NCBI RefSeq assembly: GCF_000142905.1
Contig: NW_013657611.1
Span: 70,946 to 134,945 of the forward strand
Origin: Thecamonas trahens ATCC 50062
Taxonomy: Eukaryota; Protista; Apusomonadida
DNA: 64,000 nucleotides
Direction: 5' to 3'
Shown piece by piece: positions 1 to 11,356 of this stretch. The notes under the pieces were generated by a model. The model ran no database searches and was not told where the DNA came from. It worked only from the letters and a program-made list of their open reading frames with translations. Position 1 is the stretch's first letter, and every line of letters starts with the position of its first letter. The position numbers and the translations under genes are program-made.

Positions 1-2739
1 GTCGGCAGCCACAGGATCGATCGCGTTGGCCGGCGCGCCGGCGACAGTCATGACAAAGACCTCGGACACGTCGATGAGCTCCAGACTCACGGGCGCGGTC
101 GAGATCATCGCGCCGCTGCGGCTCCAAACCGCATTGATCGAACCAAATCCGGCCACAACATCCCACACCGACTCGCCAAACACCGACGCCCACAGCCGGT
201 CGTACGAGCCGACCGGCTCTGTCGCGTTGACCAGCTCGGGCATGTCAAGTCGGGACGCAAGGTCCAGCGGGCGGGACGCCGTCGCGTTGACGCGCGATGG
301 AGTTGCCTCGAGATGGCAGAGCCACTCAATGTTGACGCATTCCGAATCGCTCGCCATCGGCCCAAAGTCGTCGTCGTCGTCGTCGACGCAAACCTGTTCT
401 GTCGAGCATGTCATACCCATTGCGCTTGTCGGGTCCACACTCGCCGCTGCCCCATCCACTAGCGCGTTGCGCATCTCGGCTAGAACCGCCGTCCACCGCA
501 CTTCACCCGGTCGTGGATTCGCTGCCACGTAGCTGTCGGTGACGGCAAAGACTGGCCAGCCAAACACGACACTGCTCGGCAAGAGTGGGCTCGACTCTTG
601 GGAAAGCCGGACGAGCTCGTGGGTGAGCTCGAGCCAGTGCCCGAGCACCACGTCGCAGTCGCCGCTGCTCACTGACGCCGGATTGAACGACGCAAGCGTG
701 TCCATCGCTGCTCGGACCGATGACGTGATCAACGGATTGAGTGTAGGAGCTAGAGCAGCAATCACATCGACGTGCTCCGGCGGGACGCAGACCCGCGTCG
801 CCCGCGCCAGCAGCTTCTCAGGCGTCACCAACTGCGTCGGCTTGGAGAGCCCGTTGCGAACGCCGACCGCCGTCAGGCCGTCGACAAGCAACGGCGCAGT
901 CGCCGCCGCCGGCTTGGTCGCCAACGCCGAGCTCAGCTCTGACGCGAGGCCAAAGACAACGTCGGCGTCGGTCCGCAGCCCAAACCCGCCGACCACCACC
1001 ATCGTCGGCTGGCCGAGGACTGCCCGGGCCAGCGCTGCACACATTTTGGCTCCACCGGCATGCACAACCCCGGACGTGTTCGACATCGCGCTGCCGATAT
1101 CGTTAGTCACCAGATGGCAGACTAGGTGACCGCGCGCTCGGATGCGATGGACCGCAAAGGCGTCAACCACTCCGTTGACAGGTACCCGTCCTGAAAAGGC
1201 ATCAAACGTGGCAGCAACTTCAGACGGTGTCCTTTGTGGCGATGCAGAGTGCGCGGCCACAGGCAGCTGGTCCGGCACGCTGGGCGTCGGCGATGGCGCA
1301 GCGCCCAAAGTGTCGTGGCCGCTGCCGAGCTGCAGTTCCCCGCCAATCATGACTCCGCCGAGAAAGGCAGTGACCAGCAAGAGCACGCCTGCCAGCACCA
1401 GTGGCAGGATCACAAGCCGTTGCCGCCGTGGCTTGGTCTCGTTCTTGGGCACCTTGACGGCATCAAATGTCTGGGTTGCCTGATGTGGCTCCGGCTCCGG
1501 CTCCGGCCGCTGCGGCGACGACCGGCCGGCTGCCACCACCCCAAGCCGCAGCACGCCATCATGCCTGCCGGGCGCCGCGAGTGAGAGTGCCGCCAACGGA
1601 ATGCTGTCCATGCCACCGCTGTTGTACGGCATGTTCTTCGATGTCCAGCTTTGCAGCTCTGATGATGCGCCGACATCATCTAGCTCGATGCAGTCCGAGC
1701 TGACGTCCGAGCACGTTGCGGTGACTGACGGCGACGACGCAGGCGACTGCGCCTCCAGCACCGTCTGAACCCGTTCCAAGAATCCGAGTGCAGCTGCGTG
1801 CGGAAGCGGTGGCTTCGCCACGGTCGTCAGCCACAGGTACGCCGCAAACCCGGCATTGGGCGCCAGCCCTACCAAGTCGCTACCGGCGAGCCCGTGAATC
1901 GCGTGCAGCTCGCCAAGGACAAGCGACGACACTGGATGACCGCCGACAACCGCGGCAACCGTGGCATCTCGGACGCCATCCACGGCGAGCTCCGGCAGCT
2001 CATCTCCTATCGAGACCGAGGCCAGGAGCGCAGCAAGGAGCATCGGCTTATCGAGCACAGCCTCGAGAACACAGATGCCAAACGCGGCGCCGGGAGTGAC
2101 CAGCAGCGGCCAGCCGCGCCGCTCGACCGCCGCGCCAACCGCAGCCACCGCCGTCGAGTTCAGCTTCTCGGCCGCCCACACCAGCGCAACTGCAAGATCA
2201 GCCGCGAGTGGCAAATCCAGTGACTCATCCGCGAGTGTCGACGGGAGATAGGCTCCGATGGCATGTGCAAGCTGAGGCGTCGAGCCAATGAGCTTGACGT
2301 GTGCAAGCTCGATCGTAGCACCCGTCCCAAGCGCATACTGGTGGAGAAACGGTGAGCCCGAGCCGGAGGACCACGAGCCCGGCGACGGCGCCGCAGTCGA
2401 GGTCGATGATGACCTTCGCTCGTGGTCGATGAGCAAGTGTCGCCGTCTTCGCGAGTGCGAGGTTGAGTCGTCCGATCCATCCGAGCTATGCGAGCCTGAG
2501 CCCGATGCTCGAGTCGTCCGTGTCCGCTTGCCACGTGCCACGTGCCAAAAGACCGAAAACGTGCGAGAATTGGACGCCAGCGTCGTCCCATCGGTCAGCA
2601 CCGCAGTGATGGTGACCGGAATGTCGGCCGCGACGCGGGGAGCGCGAGACCGAGCGCAACTTGGGACACCTCGCCGACGTGCGACGCAAACCGTCGGGCC
2701 TGCTCGATCACCACAGACTGCGGAAGGAGGACCAGGACG
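1..2739 (-). CDS. Single-pass membrane protein with C-terminal AapJ/BztA-like amino-acid-binding domain (3' end beyond window; probably joined to the 2650-4018 segments through frameshifts)
   Basis: Manual translation shows a stop-free minus-strand frame from 2739 to the window edge, absent from the ORF track because it has no stop in the window. Hydrophobic helix LVILPLVLAGVLLLVTAFLGGVMIG at about 1345-1415, then HRIRARGHLVC, MCAALARAVLG, RPGEVRWTAVL, PVGSYDRLWASVFG and INAVWSRSGAMISTAP, matching AapJ-family landmarks in order. Confidence 0.7.
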
Positions 2740-4018
2740 TCAATCGACGAGGTGCGGACGACCACAGAAGATGTTGGATCCGCTTCTAGCTCGAACCGAT
2801 GGGTGCCAAAGATGAGCTCGACTGAGCCGACTCTAGCCGAGTGGAGGCCAGTGAACGATGTCGAGACATGCAGCGGCGCGCGCCGATGGCCCACCCCGCC
2901 ACAGACAACCCGCCACTGGCGAGCGTGCACATGTCTGGCTGTACCGTCGCAATCCGCAGTCGTGGTGGAGGAACGAGCGAGTTGCTCAGCTGCGGCGCGT
3001 ATTGCGAGACCAGCGCATGCTGCATCGACGCCGCCAGCAACCCGTCGCCCGGCAACCCAAAGGCATCAGTAGACATGCCAAGCACGTCGTTGAGTGACCA
3101 GTCCATCTGGATCGTTGACAGGAGCGCAGGATCCAGAGATAACCCTGACATCGGCGCCAGCGCCGCCGCGGCGCCTACCGCTGGCCCGGCATGAGCCTGG
3201 GGGAGCCGGATGCGTGCGCGATCGAGCCGGACAATCGAATCCGAGTCACGGGAAACCGACCGGAGTGAGACCCAGGCCCCAAAGTCGGAGCAGTGGATGC
3301 GAGCACCGGCGACGGTGCCAGGAGCAAGCGTCGACATTCCGACTGTCTGCCCGAGGTCAGCGATGAGCGCCTCGAGCGAAGAGAACGACGCCAGGTTGCC
3401 GCGCCACATGTGCCATCCGTCGTCCTCGAGGTCGACTGCGCCAAGCGCGACAAGGACCACGTGATCGCCGGCCTCCGACAGATTCGGTGGCGAGACCGTC
3501 TCGGTCATGCTCGACGAACCTGGCGTCGACGCCGCGTGCGCCTCGGCAGCCGACGGGCCCGGGCCGGGCGAGCTTGCAGGCGACGGCTCTTCGATCCACT
3601 TGGACGCGAGGACGGTGTTGGAGAAGACGGCAAAGACATCTGACTCGGCAACTAGCCGCACGTCTGGCGCCACTACGGCGTCCAAGACCAACCGGACGTC
3701 ATCGAGCGTGCCACGGATGACACCAAGCGAGGCACGTGCCGCCGACAAATCGATGATACCCTTGGAGAGAACAAGGGTGCCATCGCAGACCGCAATCCTG
3801 AGCTTGCGCAGTGCAAAGCGACGGCCCGAGATGAAGACCGAGACGGCAGAAGCTGGAGGTGGCTCGATCGTCGACTGGCCAGAGGCGCTGGTCAGCTGTG
3901 GTGGAAGGTCGACAAGCGCTCGCCAGCGTGAGGCAATGACGCAGCCCGGATGCATGGTGCCTCGGGTGGCGAAGCGTATGCGGCCACGCACCACCCGATT
4001 ACCAGCTACAGCACTCAT
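2650..4018 (-). CDS. Hypothetical protein; likely N-terminal part of the gene above, broken by two frameshifts
   Basis: 443-aa ORF 2786-4117 (first ATG at 4018). The protein-like path switches to ORF 2595-2930 at a GC dinucleotide run (about 2876-2884), then to the 1-2739 frame at a 4-base run (about 2637-2640). Confidence 0.5.
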
Positions 4019-4561
4019 AACTGAGTTCTCCGAAGCTACACACGCACACACACCTTGCCTGTCCCTGGCCCCTTGGCTGGTTTCAGAAAGGTGTGCCCAC
4101 CCGGGCCAATCTGCCAACTATGCCCGCGTACGGTGTCCAATCTTGCAAGCGCGTGCAAAGAACTCGGGTCACGGTGGAGGCCGCTGCCGGCGCAATCCAT
4201 ACCACGCTGTACAGGGTGGCCCACAGGCTACACCTTTTGCTTCATTTGGGGGGGAGGGGGGGGGGGGGGGGGGGGAAGGGTAAACATACCAGGAGGATGG
4301 AGTGTAGTTAATGGAGTCACGCCCTCGCATGTGAGCGACGACTCCAGATCACCGCCGTCATCGGTGGTGGCTAGCGCCAACCACGTGGGGTGAGCGGTTC
4401 CGCACTGCGGAACTCGATTGTGCCTTTTCGCACGGTAGTCCTCGCGCCGCATGTGCGGCGAGGTTGGCTGATGTGGAGATTGTGCGAGGGATAGTGTGGA
4501 TGGCGTCAGTCATTGCCATACGGATTCGGGCTTGTGTCGATCGCGATTCGGACATGGCCGC

Positions 4562-5551
4562 CTACGACGGCGACGACGACGGCTTGCGGGCGACAAAAGA
4601 CGAGAGCGGGCGACCGTCCGAGATGGCGACCGCCGAGTCGTCCCAGATCTCCCAGCCAGCAAAAGCAGCAGCAAGCTCGCCATCGCGGAGGAGAAACTTC
4701 TCCCGCTTCGGCTTGCCCCACGCTTTGCAGGCCCATGTAAAGGTGTGGACGATGACAAAGCCGCCGGGCGCTACTGCGTCAGCGACCCAGGCCCACAGCG
4801 GGCGATACAGGTATCGCGCCATGACGACAATGTCCAACGATGCGTTGCTGCCGCCAATTTCGGCGACCACGCGCTCGAGCTCGGCGCTGGCCTCGGCGAT
4901 CGGAACTTCCTCTAACTCGACCAGCGTGGCAGTGGTCTTATGGGCGACGCCGTGCTGGTCAGCGAGGACCGCCACGTTGGCCATGTGACGCTCCTGGTGG
5001 TCGACGCCGATGCTGACATCGATTCCATCGTCCAGTGCCATAAAGACGACATCGCGCCCGGCGCCGCACGCTACGTCCAGCGCCACGCTCGTCCGCGTCC
5101 CATCGCGGCTGGCAGCCAGCGCAGCTACCATCGCCGGATAGTGCTTGGCGAGGACAGGGCACGGCTCCCACATCCGGGCCGAGCCCTGGACGCCGGTAAC
5201 CATGCGGGCACCGATGCCCATCGCCGCCACCACCGCATCCAACGTCGCTACCACCACTAGCGGATACCATGGCGCGAGACGATCGACAATGGCGCCGGCG
5301 CCGATCACCACATCCTCCGGCGAGCCGTCCGGCGGAAGGATGACGCCGATGACCGTGTCTCGCGGAGGCAAAACATGCGCTAGCACATCGTACTCGTTCC
5401 ATGGGACGCATGCTGCAATGGACAGGTGCCCAGTCTCGTACGCAGCTCGACTGCGGAGGTCGACCACGCGGACCGCGTCTTTGGTCGACCACTCGCACAG
5501 CGCTCGCGTGGCGGCCTCGGACACCTCGCCGCGGGGCGCAGACTCACCCAT
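4562..5551 (-). CDS. Rhodanese-like domain fused to a class I SAM-dependent methyltransferase (TehB-like)
   Basis: N-terminal VVDLRSRAAYETGHL rhodanese signature; methyltransferase motif I ALDVACGAGRD; DIVVMARYL; APGGFVIVHTF. Confidence 0.8.
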   Translation of the reverse strand: MGESAPRGEVSEAATRALCEWSTKDAVRVVDLRSRAAYETGHLSIAACVPWNEYDVLAHVLPPRDTVIGVILPPDGSPEDVVIGAGAIVDRLAPWYPLVVVATLDAVVAAMGIGARMVTGVQGSARMWEPCPVLAKHYPAMVAALAASRDGTRTSVALDVACGAGRDVVFMALDDGIDVSIGVDHQERHMANVAVLADQHGVAHKTTATLVELEEVPIAEASAELERVVAEIGGSNASLDIVVMARYLYRPLWAWVADAVAPGGFVIVHTFTWACKAWGKPKREKFLLRDGELAAAFAGWEIWDDSAVAISDGRPLSSFVARKPSSSPS

Positions 5552-5809
5552 GCGTGAGCTCTCGCCCGGGCTTGTGCTGCCGCAGCAGCTCGAGGGAACT
5601 GACGTCGCCAGGATGGGCTGGAGTTGGCCAAGTGAGAGCCGTCTTGACGTGAGAGGTTGTAGAAGTGGGGCGGAGGCGGGATCCGCTAGGTGGGGCCGGA
5701 CCGATGGAGGAGTGGGAACTTAGCCGATCATCGCCACACACAGCCGTAGGCTGTGTGTATATGTGTGTGTGTGTGTGGGGGGGGGGGGGGTCGTTTGTGT
5801 AGCATAGGA

Positions 5810-6592
5810 TCAGCTGCGGTTGAGACGAGCCTGACGAAGCGCCTCCATCCGCTCGGCCATGGCCTTTTGCTTCTCCTGCATCTGCGAGGCATAGCGGGCT
5901 CGGACCGAGGCGGCTTCTTGGTTGGCGACAAAGTGTCCGCGGCGTAGGATCTCTTCATGACGTCCGCACACACTAGATTTGGGTGGTGTCGGTGTAGGCG
6001 TAGGCATTGAAGGCGTCGGCGCCGGTGCTGGCGCGGGCGTGGGTGCAGCAGTAGGTGTAGGGGCGGCAGGCGCGGGTGCAGGCGCGGTGGCGAATCGCGA
6101 AGACTTCAGTGTCTCCAGCAGTGCCTCGCGCTCGGCGCCCAGGCGGGCTAGCATCTCATCCAAAGTCTCCGACTCGGCTGGCTTGGGCGAGGTGGATGGA
6201 GCCGGGTGGGATCGGTCGCCCTGCTTCCGAGGATCAAACCGCATGGTCGGCGGCGAGAAGGCAGCCTGCGCCTTGCGAGCAGCGGCAAGCTCGCGCTCGA
6301 GAGCAGCCTTCTTGGCAGCCATCTCGGCGTCAAGCCGCGCCCGGCGGAGCGCAGCCTCGCGATCAGCAGCAGCGCGGCGCGCCATGGCGTAGATCATTCG
6401 CTGCTGGGCGTCATACTGACTGCGAAGCTGCTCATCCGAGAGAACAGAAAAGGCTTCTTGCAGCAGAGTAAATGCCTCATGGCTCCCGCCCTTGTCAGGA
6501 TGGAGCGTCTTGGCCTTGGCCTTGTATGCCGTCCGAATGTCCGCAGCCGCTGCATCTTGCGCCACGCCCAGTACCGCGTAGTAGCTTGTCAT
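5810..6592 (-). CDS. DnaJ (J-domain) protein with coiled coil and Pro/Ala-rich linker
   Basis: YYAVLGV...IRTAYK...LHPDKGG...FTLLQEAFSVLSDEQLRSQYD. Confidence 0.9.
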   Translation of the reverse strand: MTSYYAVLGVAQDAAAADIRTAYKAKAKTLHPDKGGSHEAFTLLQEAFSVLSDEQLRSQYDAQQRMIYAMARRAAADREAALRRARLDAEMAAKKAALERELAAARKAQAAFSPPTMRFDPRKQGDRSHPAPSTSPKPAESETLDEMLARLGAEREALLETLKSSRFATAPAPAPAAPTPTAAPTPAPAPAPTPSMPTPTPTPPKSSVCGRHEEILRRGHFVANQEAASVRARYASQMQEKQKAMAERMEALRQARLNRS

Positions 6593-7072
6593 CTGCCCCT
6601 CTCCCTCCTCTCGCCCCAGATAACCGCCTCAACCACTACAGACGAGGTAGCGACGTGTGTGTATGAGAGAGAGTGAGAGAGCGAGTGTATGTGTTTGTGT
6701 GGTTGTGTGTGTACGCTTGCTGCCCGTGATGTCAGTCGAACACTGGCCACAATGGAATGATCAAAAGCCATGCCAAGCACACCATTAGCGAGGCGAATCC
6801 CATGCCCCAACGATTATCATGCACTCATGCACAACACGATCATCCCAGACCCAGATCCCAAATCCCCCCCCTCCCCCCCCCCCCCCCCCGCCGCCCATCT
6901 TCCCCTCCTCCTCCCTCCCCCGTCGAGCAGGAGTTTGGTTTGGTTGACTCACGCCATGCCCCACGAAGGACACTCGTCAGACACGACTGACCTTTTTACC
7001 TGAAGATTGGGCAACACTTTGCTCGGCAGGCACTGGGCTTGACTGGCGTGGTGTGTGTAGCGAGGGTGTGGG

Positions 7073-10000
7073 GTGAGCATGATGAGCACAACAATACTGG
7101 CTACCTTTTCCACCACAGCCCTCTTGGCTACTCTCCTCTTTCCACATCTTAGCCAAGTCGTCGCTTTGGCCTCGGCTGCTGTGGTGGCTCTGCTTGCTGC
7201 CGTCGTCTTTCCGCGACTGACGTCGTCAGCCAAGTCATTGCCGAACCTCGACACAAGGTCACGGTCGGCTTTGGGAGGCAGTTCTGTGCCAGCGACAGGT
7301 CCTTCTGCTGCAGACACTCGGTCCTCCTCGCAAGGCTCAGTCTCCTTTCGTACGCCTGTAGGCACTGCCTCTCACTCGCCTGCCGCGTCGGTGACCGGAC
7401 TCTCGGTGGCCGTCACGGCCCAGGCCGCATCAGACGCCGCCGATGCTGTGTATGGTGGCTCTGGGAGGCGGAGAAGGCGGAAAAGGCGGAAGGGCGATGG
7501 CGACGGTGATGCTGCCGACGGCGCCAAGGCTAAGGCCCGCGAGAAGGTCAAGGTCCGCAAGAAAATCCGCAAGCGGGTGCTGGCTGCAAACCAGGAGCAA
7601 GCTGTAGGCAAGGCCAAGGCCGCGGGACCCGAAGAGATTGAGGTTGATCCCAAGGACTTTTACTCGCCGTACGAGCTCCCGCTCAAGGTGACGAACTTGT
7701 ACGGCACGCCGCGGCACATCGAGCCCAACACCCACTTTTCGATCCCGTACGCCAACGAGCTGTTTGAGGGCCACGTCTCGCTGGTCTTCCGTGGCGAGCC
7801 GCGCGATCCACACTTTGACTCGATCTACGACTCGTGGAAGACAGTGTTTGAGATCCAGCTGCAGGGCAAGCTCAAGGTCAAGACGAGGTCGACGCTGTAC
7901 ATGGGCATCGAAGCCATGGGTCCGGTCTCGATCGGCATCATCGGCCGCGCGCTGGGCAAGATCCTTCTCAAGCTCATTCGGTCACAGACACGCGGCATGG
8001 ACGGCACGTTCAACGAGGGCGACGACCTCCGACCGCACATCTGCTTTCCCATGGCTATGTTTGCCGACCGCTTTGTGTGGACGCCCGAGGGCGAAACGCC
8101 ACCTGCCATCGGCCAGTACCTTGACTGCGAGGACGACGAGTCGGCCAAGGCCCGTAAAAAGGCCGCAACCATGGACGACCGCTACGGGCCCGACTCGGGC
8201 ATCCTCACCATGTCGTTCCGCTCGCCGCGCCTCGACATGGTCAACTGGAAGATCATCGACATCCCGGGCATGAAGGACATCAACTTTGCGCCATACCTCG
8301 CCGGCCTCGGCCTGCAGATTGTCGCCTACGACATGCCTCCCGACTGGACCGGCATTCACCTTGACTCGGCCAAACAGTACTACTTTTGCTTTACCATCGA
8401 GAACACTGGGACTGGCGTCCGTGCCCGCAAGTCATACCCGGCGTCGGTCCCGCCCGAGTATCTTTACCACCCGGGCGATCCACGCCTCGACGCCGCCCTC
8501 GCCTCGCCACGCGATTCCGAGTACGAGTACGAGTACGTCGAGACGTACGAGTACGATGAATTTGCTCGCGATGAGGACGAGCCTGGCTCAGGCTCGGGCT
8601 CGTCGTCGTTCTGGTCGTCAGGCGGCGGTGGGTCGCCGCATCGGTCTGCTCGCCGCCAGGCTGCCGACGACGACGACGACGATGATGATGATGATGACCT
8701 CGACGCCGACATGGACGACCCGTTTGAGGCATCGCTCTTCTCACCGGAGCTCACCACTACGCTCAAGACTCCGGGGGCGCGGTACTCGTCGATTTCGGTT
8801 CCTGCTCTCATCGAGTACTACCCGCACAACAAGCGGCGGGTGCTGTATGTGGTGCACGCAGTGCCGGCGGCATCGTCATCGGCGTCGGCGACTGCCCTTG
8901 CTAGCCCGCCGCCGCCGCTCACGCTCCCGATGTACTCGCCGCCACCATCAATTGCGATCTCGCCAGAGTCGGAAACTGGGCGAATGACCTATGCGTCGGC
9001 GTCCGACTCGTCAGATGCCGGCGCCAGCTCGGGGTCGGGCCACGCCGACCCACCAACGCCATCGCGGCCGACGCTGCCGTACGTCCGCGGGCGGTCAGGC
9101 TCGGCCGGCTCGCGGTCGGAAAGGGCGACAGGCGCTGGCGGTGCCGACGCTGCGTCGTCGGCCGACTCGTTCTCCAACTCCTCGGCTTGGACCGAGGTGG
9201 AGGAGATTGGCGAGGCCGCCGTACCGATCCGCAGCCAGGCGGACCCCGAAGGCCTGCGGGTCTCGCGGTCGGCGCGGTCGTTGACCTCGCTCAAGCGTGG
9301 CAGCAAGCGATCGTCATCGGGCTCGCGGTCGCAGTCACGGTCGCGGTCGCGGTCGCGGTCGCGGTCCGGCTCGAACTCGTCGCGATTGCCACCAACGACG
9401 CTTTCGGCCCGGCGGACCGAGACTTCGGGCTCCGAGTACTCATCGGGCTCGTGCAGCTCCAAGTACGAGGCACGCCGGGCAGTGGCGCGGGCGCCGCGGC
9501 GGCGGTCAGGCGAGAAAGGTCGGCGAGCTTCAGGCGGACCTTCGCGGTTTGTCGGCGTCTCGCTCTCACCGCTCGCCGGCGAGTACAATCGGTTCTCGGC
9601 CGTGGCTCCAGCAGTCTCGGGCGTCCGCCGCGTCCTGCGGACATACTCGGACATCCGCGACCTCGAGGCGCACTTTCGGTCGCACTCGATCTCGCGCAAG
9701 GGCCTCAAGAACCCTAAGGTTCGGCGGTACTCGCGGCTTGCCAAGGAGCGGTCGGCGCTTGACGCCTTTCTCTCCAACGTGGCGAGTGCGCGGTCGCCGG
9801 CGGCGCAGCAGCTACTTGCGCTCTTTCTCACCGACACGGTCTCGGGTGACGCGCGGTTCTTCCTCTCGGGCGCGCATGAGCGCGACGCGGCCGACCTCTC
9901 GACCCAAGTCAAGTTCCACACCTCGGCTGTCCGCGCACTAGACGAGACGTACTGGCGCGAGGAGACGGCGCTGCTGTACTCGGACAACCTCTCGTTTTGT

Positions 10001-11230
10001 CAGTTTAAGCGCAAAGCGCGGCTGCACAAGAGGCAGAGAGTGCAAGAGGAGGTGACTGCCATCATTGCGCTTGACGACGTGCTCTCTGTCGGCCCGCTGG
10101 AGGACTCGAACACTCCGTTTGACGGCTTTGTCTTTGTCAAGATTGTGACACTCGAGCGAGTCCACTACGTGTGCGTGGCGTCGGAGGAGGTGGCGGCGGC
10201 GTTTGTGGCCGCCATCTCGGCGGCGTGCCATAAGCTGCGGGCGTCGCGGCGGGCGCTGTCATCGGCAGTGACGCAAGTCCGAGCGTCAAGCGCAGGCAGC
10301 CAGCAGGCGGTGTACGTTTACAGTGTGCCGCGGTTCAAGTCGCGGCTGCTGCTCAATGGCCGGCGGCTGCTGTTCAATCCATTTGCGCCGTCGATGGCGT
10401 CGGCCGTTGCCCCATGGGAGGTTATCGGCGAGCTGCTGCGTGAGGGCACCATGCTCCGTGGGAGCGACGTGCACTCGGTCAAGGTCAACGCCTTTCTCGA
10501 CGCCACTGTCGAGCTGAAGCGGCTGCGGATGGACGAGCAGGTGTGGAACCACAACCAAAAGGTGGCGTTCTTCCTCAATGCCTTCCATCTCCTTGTCGTC
10601 CATGCGCTCATCGTCCTCGGGACACCGTCGTCCAAGAAGGAGGCGCGCCAGCTCTACACCGACTACTCGTACCAGCTCGGCGAGTACGTGCTCTCGGCGG
10701 CTGAGATCGAGCACGCCATTCTCCGGGCGCCGGCGACCAAGCACCCGGCGCGGCTGCAGAAGACCCGGGCACGGGTCTCCAAGCTCAAAAAGCTGCGGTC
10801 AAAGGACCCCGTGCCGCGGTTCGAGGAATCTGATCCGCGGGCTAAGTTTGTGCTCGACCGCGTCGACTGGCGCCTCAACTTTGCCATCATCTCGGGCTCG
10901 CTTGGCTCGGTCATGACCTTCCCGGTCTACCATCCGGACCACGTCGACTCGCAGCTCAACTCGGCGACCTCGGCGTACCTCAATGCGTTCACTTCGGTCT
11001 CGGAGACAACCGCCGTCGTCACCCTTCCCAACCAGTGCGCCAAGCTCATCCCGCACCTTGGCGCCACCCACCTTGCAGTCCTCCGCCGCCTCGAGCCGTT
11101 CTACCGTGGCTCGCTCGCCGCCGCCCTCCAGCGCGTCCTCGACTCTCGCGACAAGAACGTCTCGATTCATTTTGCCGAGCCCGAAAAGGGCGAGAAGCTA
11201 AGGTTCCACGCCGCGTTCTCCATCGCCTAG
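7073..11230 (+). CDS. Large multidomain protein: N-terminal hydrophobic segment, DUF1769-like, low-complexity linker, PH-like, DUF547
   Basis: 1385-aa ORF (ATG at 7079/7082). NELFEGHVSLVFR...FEIQLQGKLK resembles DUF1769; KVAFFLNAFHLLVVHA...IEHAILR...DWRLNFAI...VDSQL resembles DUF547. Confidence 0.7.
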   Translation: MSMMSTTILATFSTTALLATLLFPHLSQVVALASAAVVALLAAVVFPRLTSSAKSLPNLDTRSRSALGGSSVPATGPSAADTRSSSQGSVSFRTPVGTASHSPAASVTGLSVAVTAQAASDAADAVYGGSGRRRRRKRRKGDGDGDAADGAKAKAREKVKVRKKIRKRVLAANQEQAVGKAKAAGPEEIEVDPKDFYSPYELPLKVTNLYGTPRHIEPNTHFSIPYANELFEGHVSLVFRGEPRDPHFDSIYDSWKTVFEIQLQGKLKVKTRSTLYMGIEAMGPVSIGIIGRALGKILLKLIRSQTRGMDGTFNEGDDLRPHICFPMAMFADRFVWTPEGETPPAIGQYLDCEDDESAKARKKAATMDDRYGPDSGILTMSFRSPRLDMVNWKIIDIPGMKDINFAPYLAGLGLQIVAYDMPPDWTGIHLDSAKQYYFCFTIENTGTGVRARKSYPASVPPEYLYHPGDPRLDAALASPRDSEYEYEYVETYEYDEFARDEDEPGSGSGSSSFWSSGGGGSPHRSARRQAADDDDDDDDDDDLDADMDDPFEASLFSPELTTTLKTPGARYSSISVPALIEYYPHNKRRVLYVVHAVPAASSSASATALASPPPPLTLPMYSPPPSIAISPESETGRMTYASASDSSDAGASSGSGHADPPTPSRPTLPYVRGRSGSAGSRSERATGAGGADAASSADSFSNSSAWTEVEEIGEAAVPIRSQADPEGLRVSRSARSLTSLKRGSKRSSSGSRSQSRSRSRSRSRSGSNSSRLPPTTLSARRTETSGSEYSSGSCSSKYEARRAVARAPRRRSGEKGRRASGGPSRFVGVSLSPLAGEYNRFSAVAPAVSGVRRVLRTYSDIRDLEAHFRSHSISRKGLKNPKVRRYSRLAKERSALDAFLSNVASARSPAAQQLLALFLTDTVSGDARFFLSGAHERDAADLSTQVKFHTSAVRALDETYWREETALLYSDNLSFCQFKRKARLHKRQRVQEEVTAIIALDDVLSVGPLEDSNTPFDGFVFVKIVTLERVHYVCVASEEVAAAFVAAISAACHKLRASRRALSSAVTQVRASSAGSQQAVYVYSVPRFKSRLLLNGRRLLFNPFAPSMASAVAPWEVIGELLREGTMLRGSDVHSVKVNAFLDATVELKRLRMDEQVWNHNQKVAFFLNAFHLLVVHALIVLGTPSSKKEARQLYTDYSYQLGEYVLSAAEIEHAILRAPATKHPARLQKTRARVSKLKKLRSKDPVPRFEESDPRAKFVLDRVDWRLNFAIISGSLGSVMTFPVYHPDHVDSQLNSATSAYLNAFTSVSETTAVVTLPNQCAKLIPHLGATHLAVLRRLEPFYRGSLAAALQRVLDSRDKNVSIHFAEPEKGEKLRFHAAFSIA

Positions 11231-11356
11231 CGGGGCCAAGTTCTTTCCTGCTCCTACTCATCTCCTTTCCCATCCCCTTTGCTGCCCCTATCAAAGACAT
11301 ACTCGCGTTGCTCCTTCCGCAGCACTTGTCTCCGGCAGACGTTTGTGATCGGCATC

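Noticed and set aside
26-2815. Plus-strand ORFs in the first 3 kb
   Set aside because: Ser/Thr/Arg-rich antisense products of the hidden minus-strand gene.
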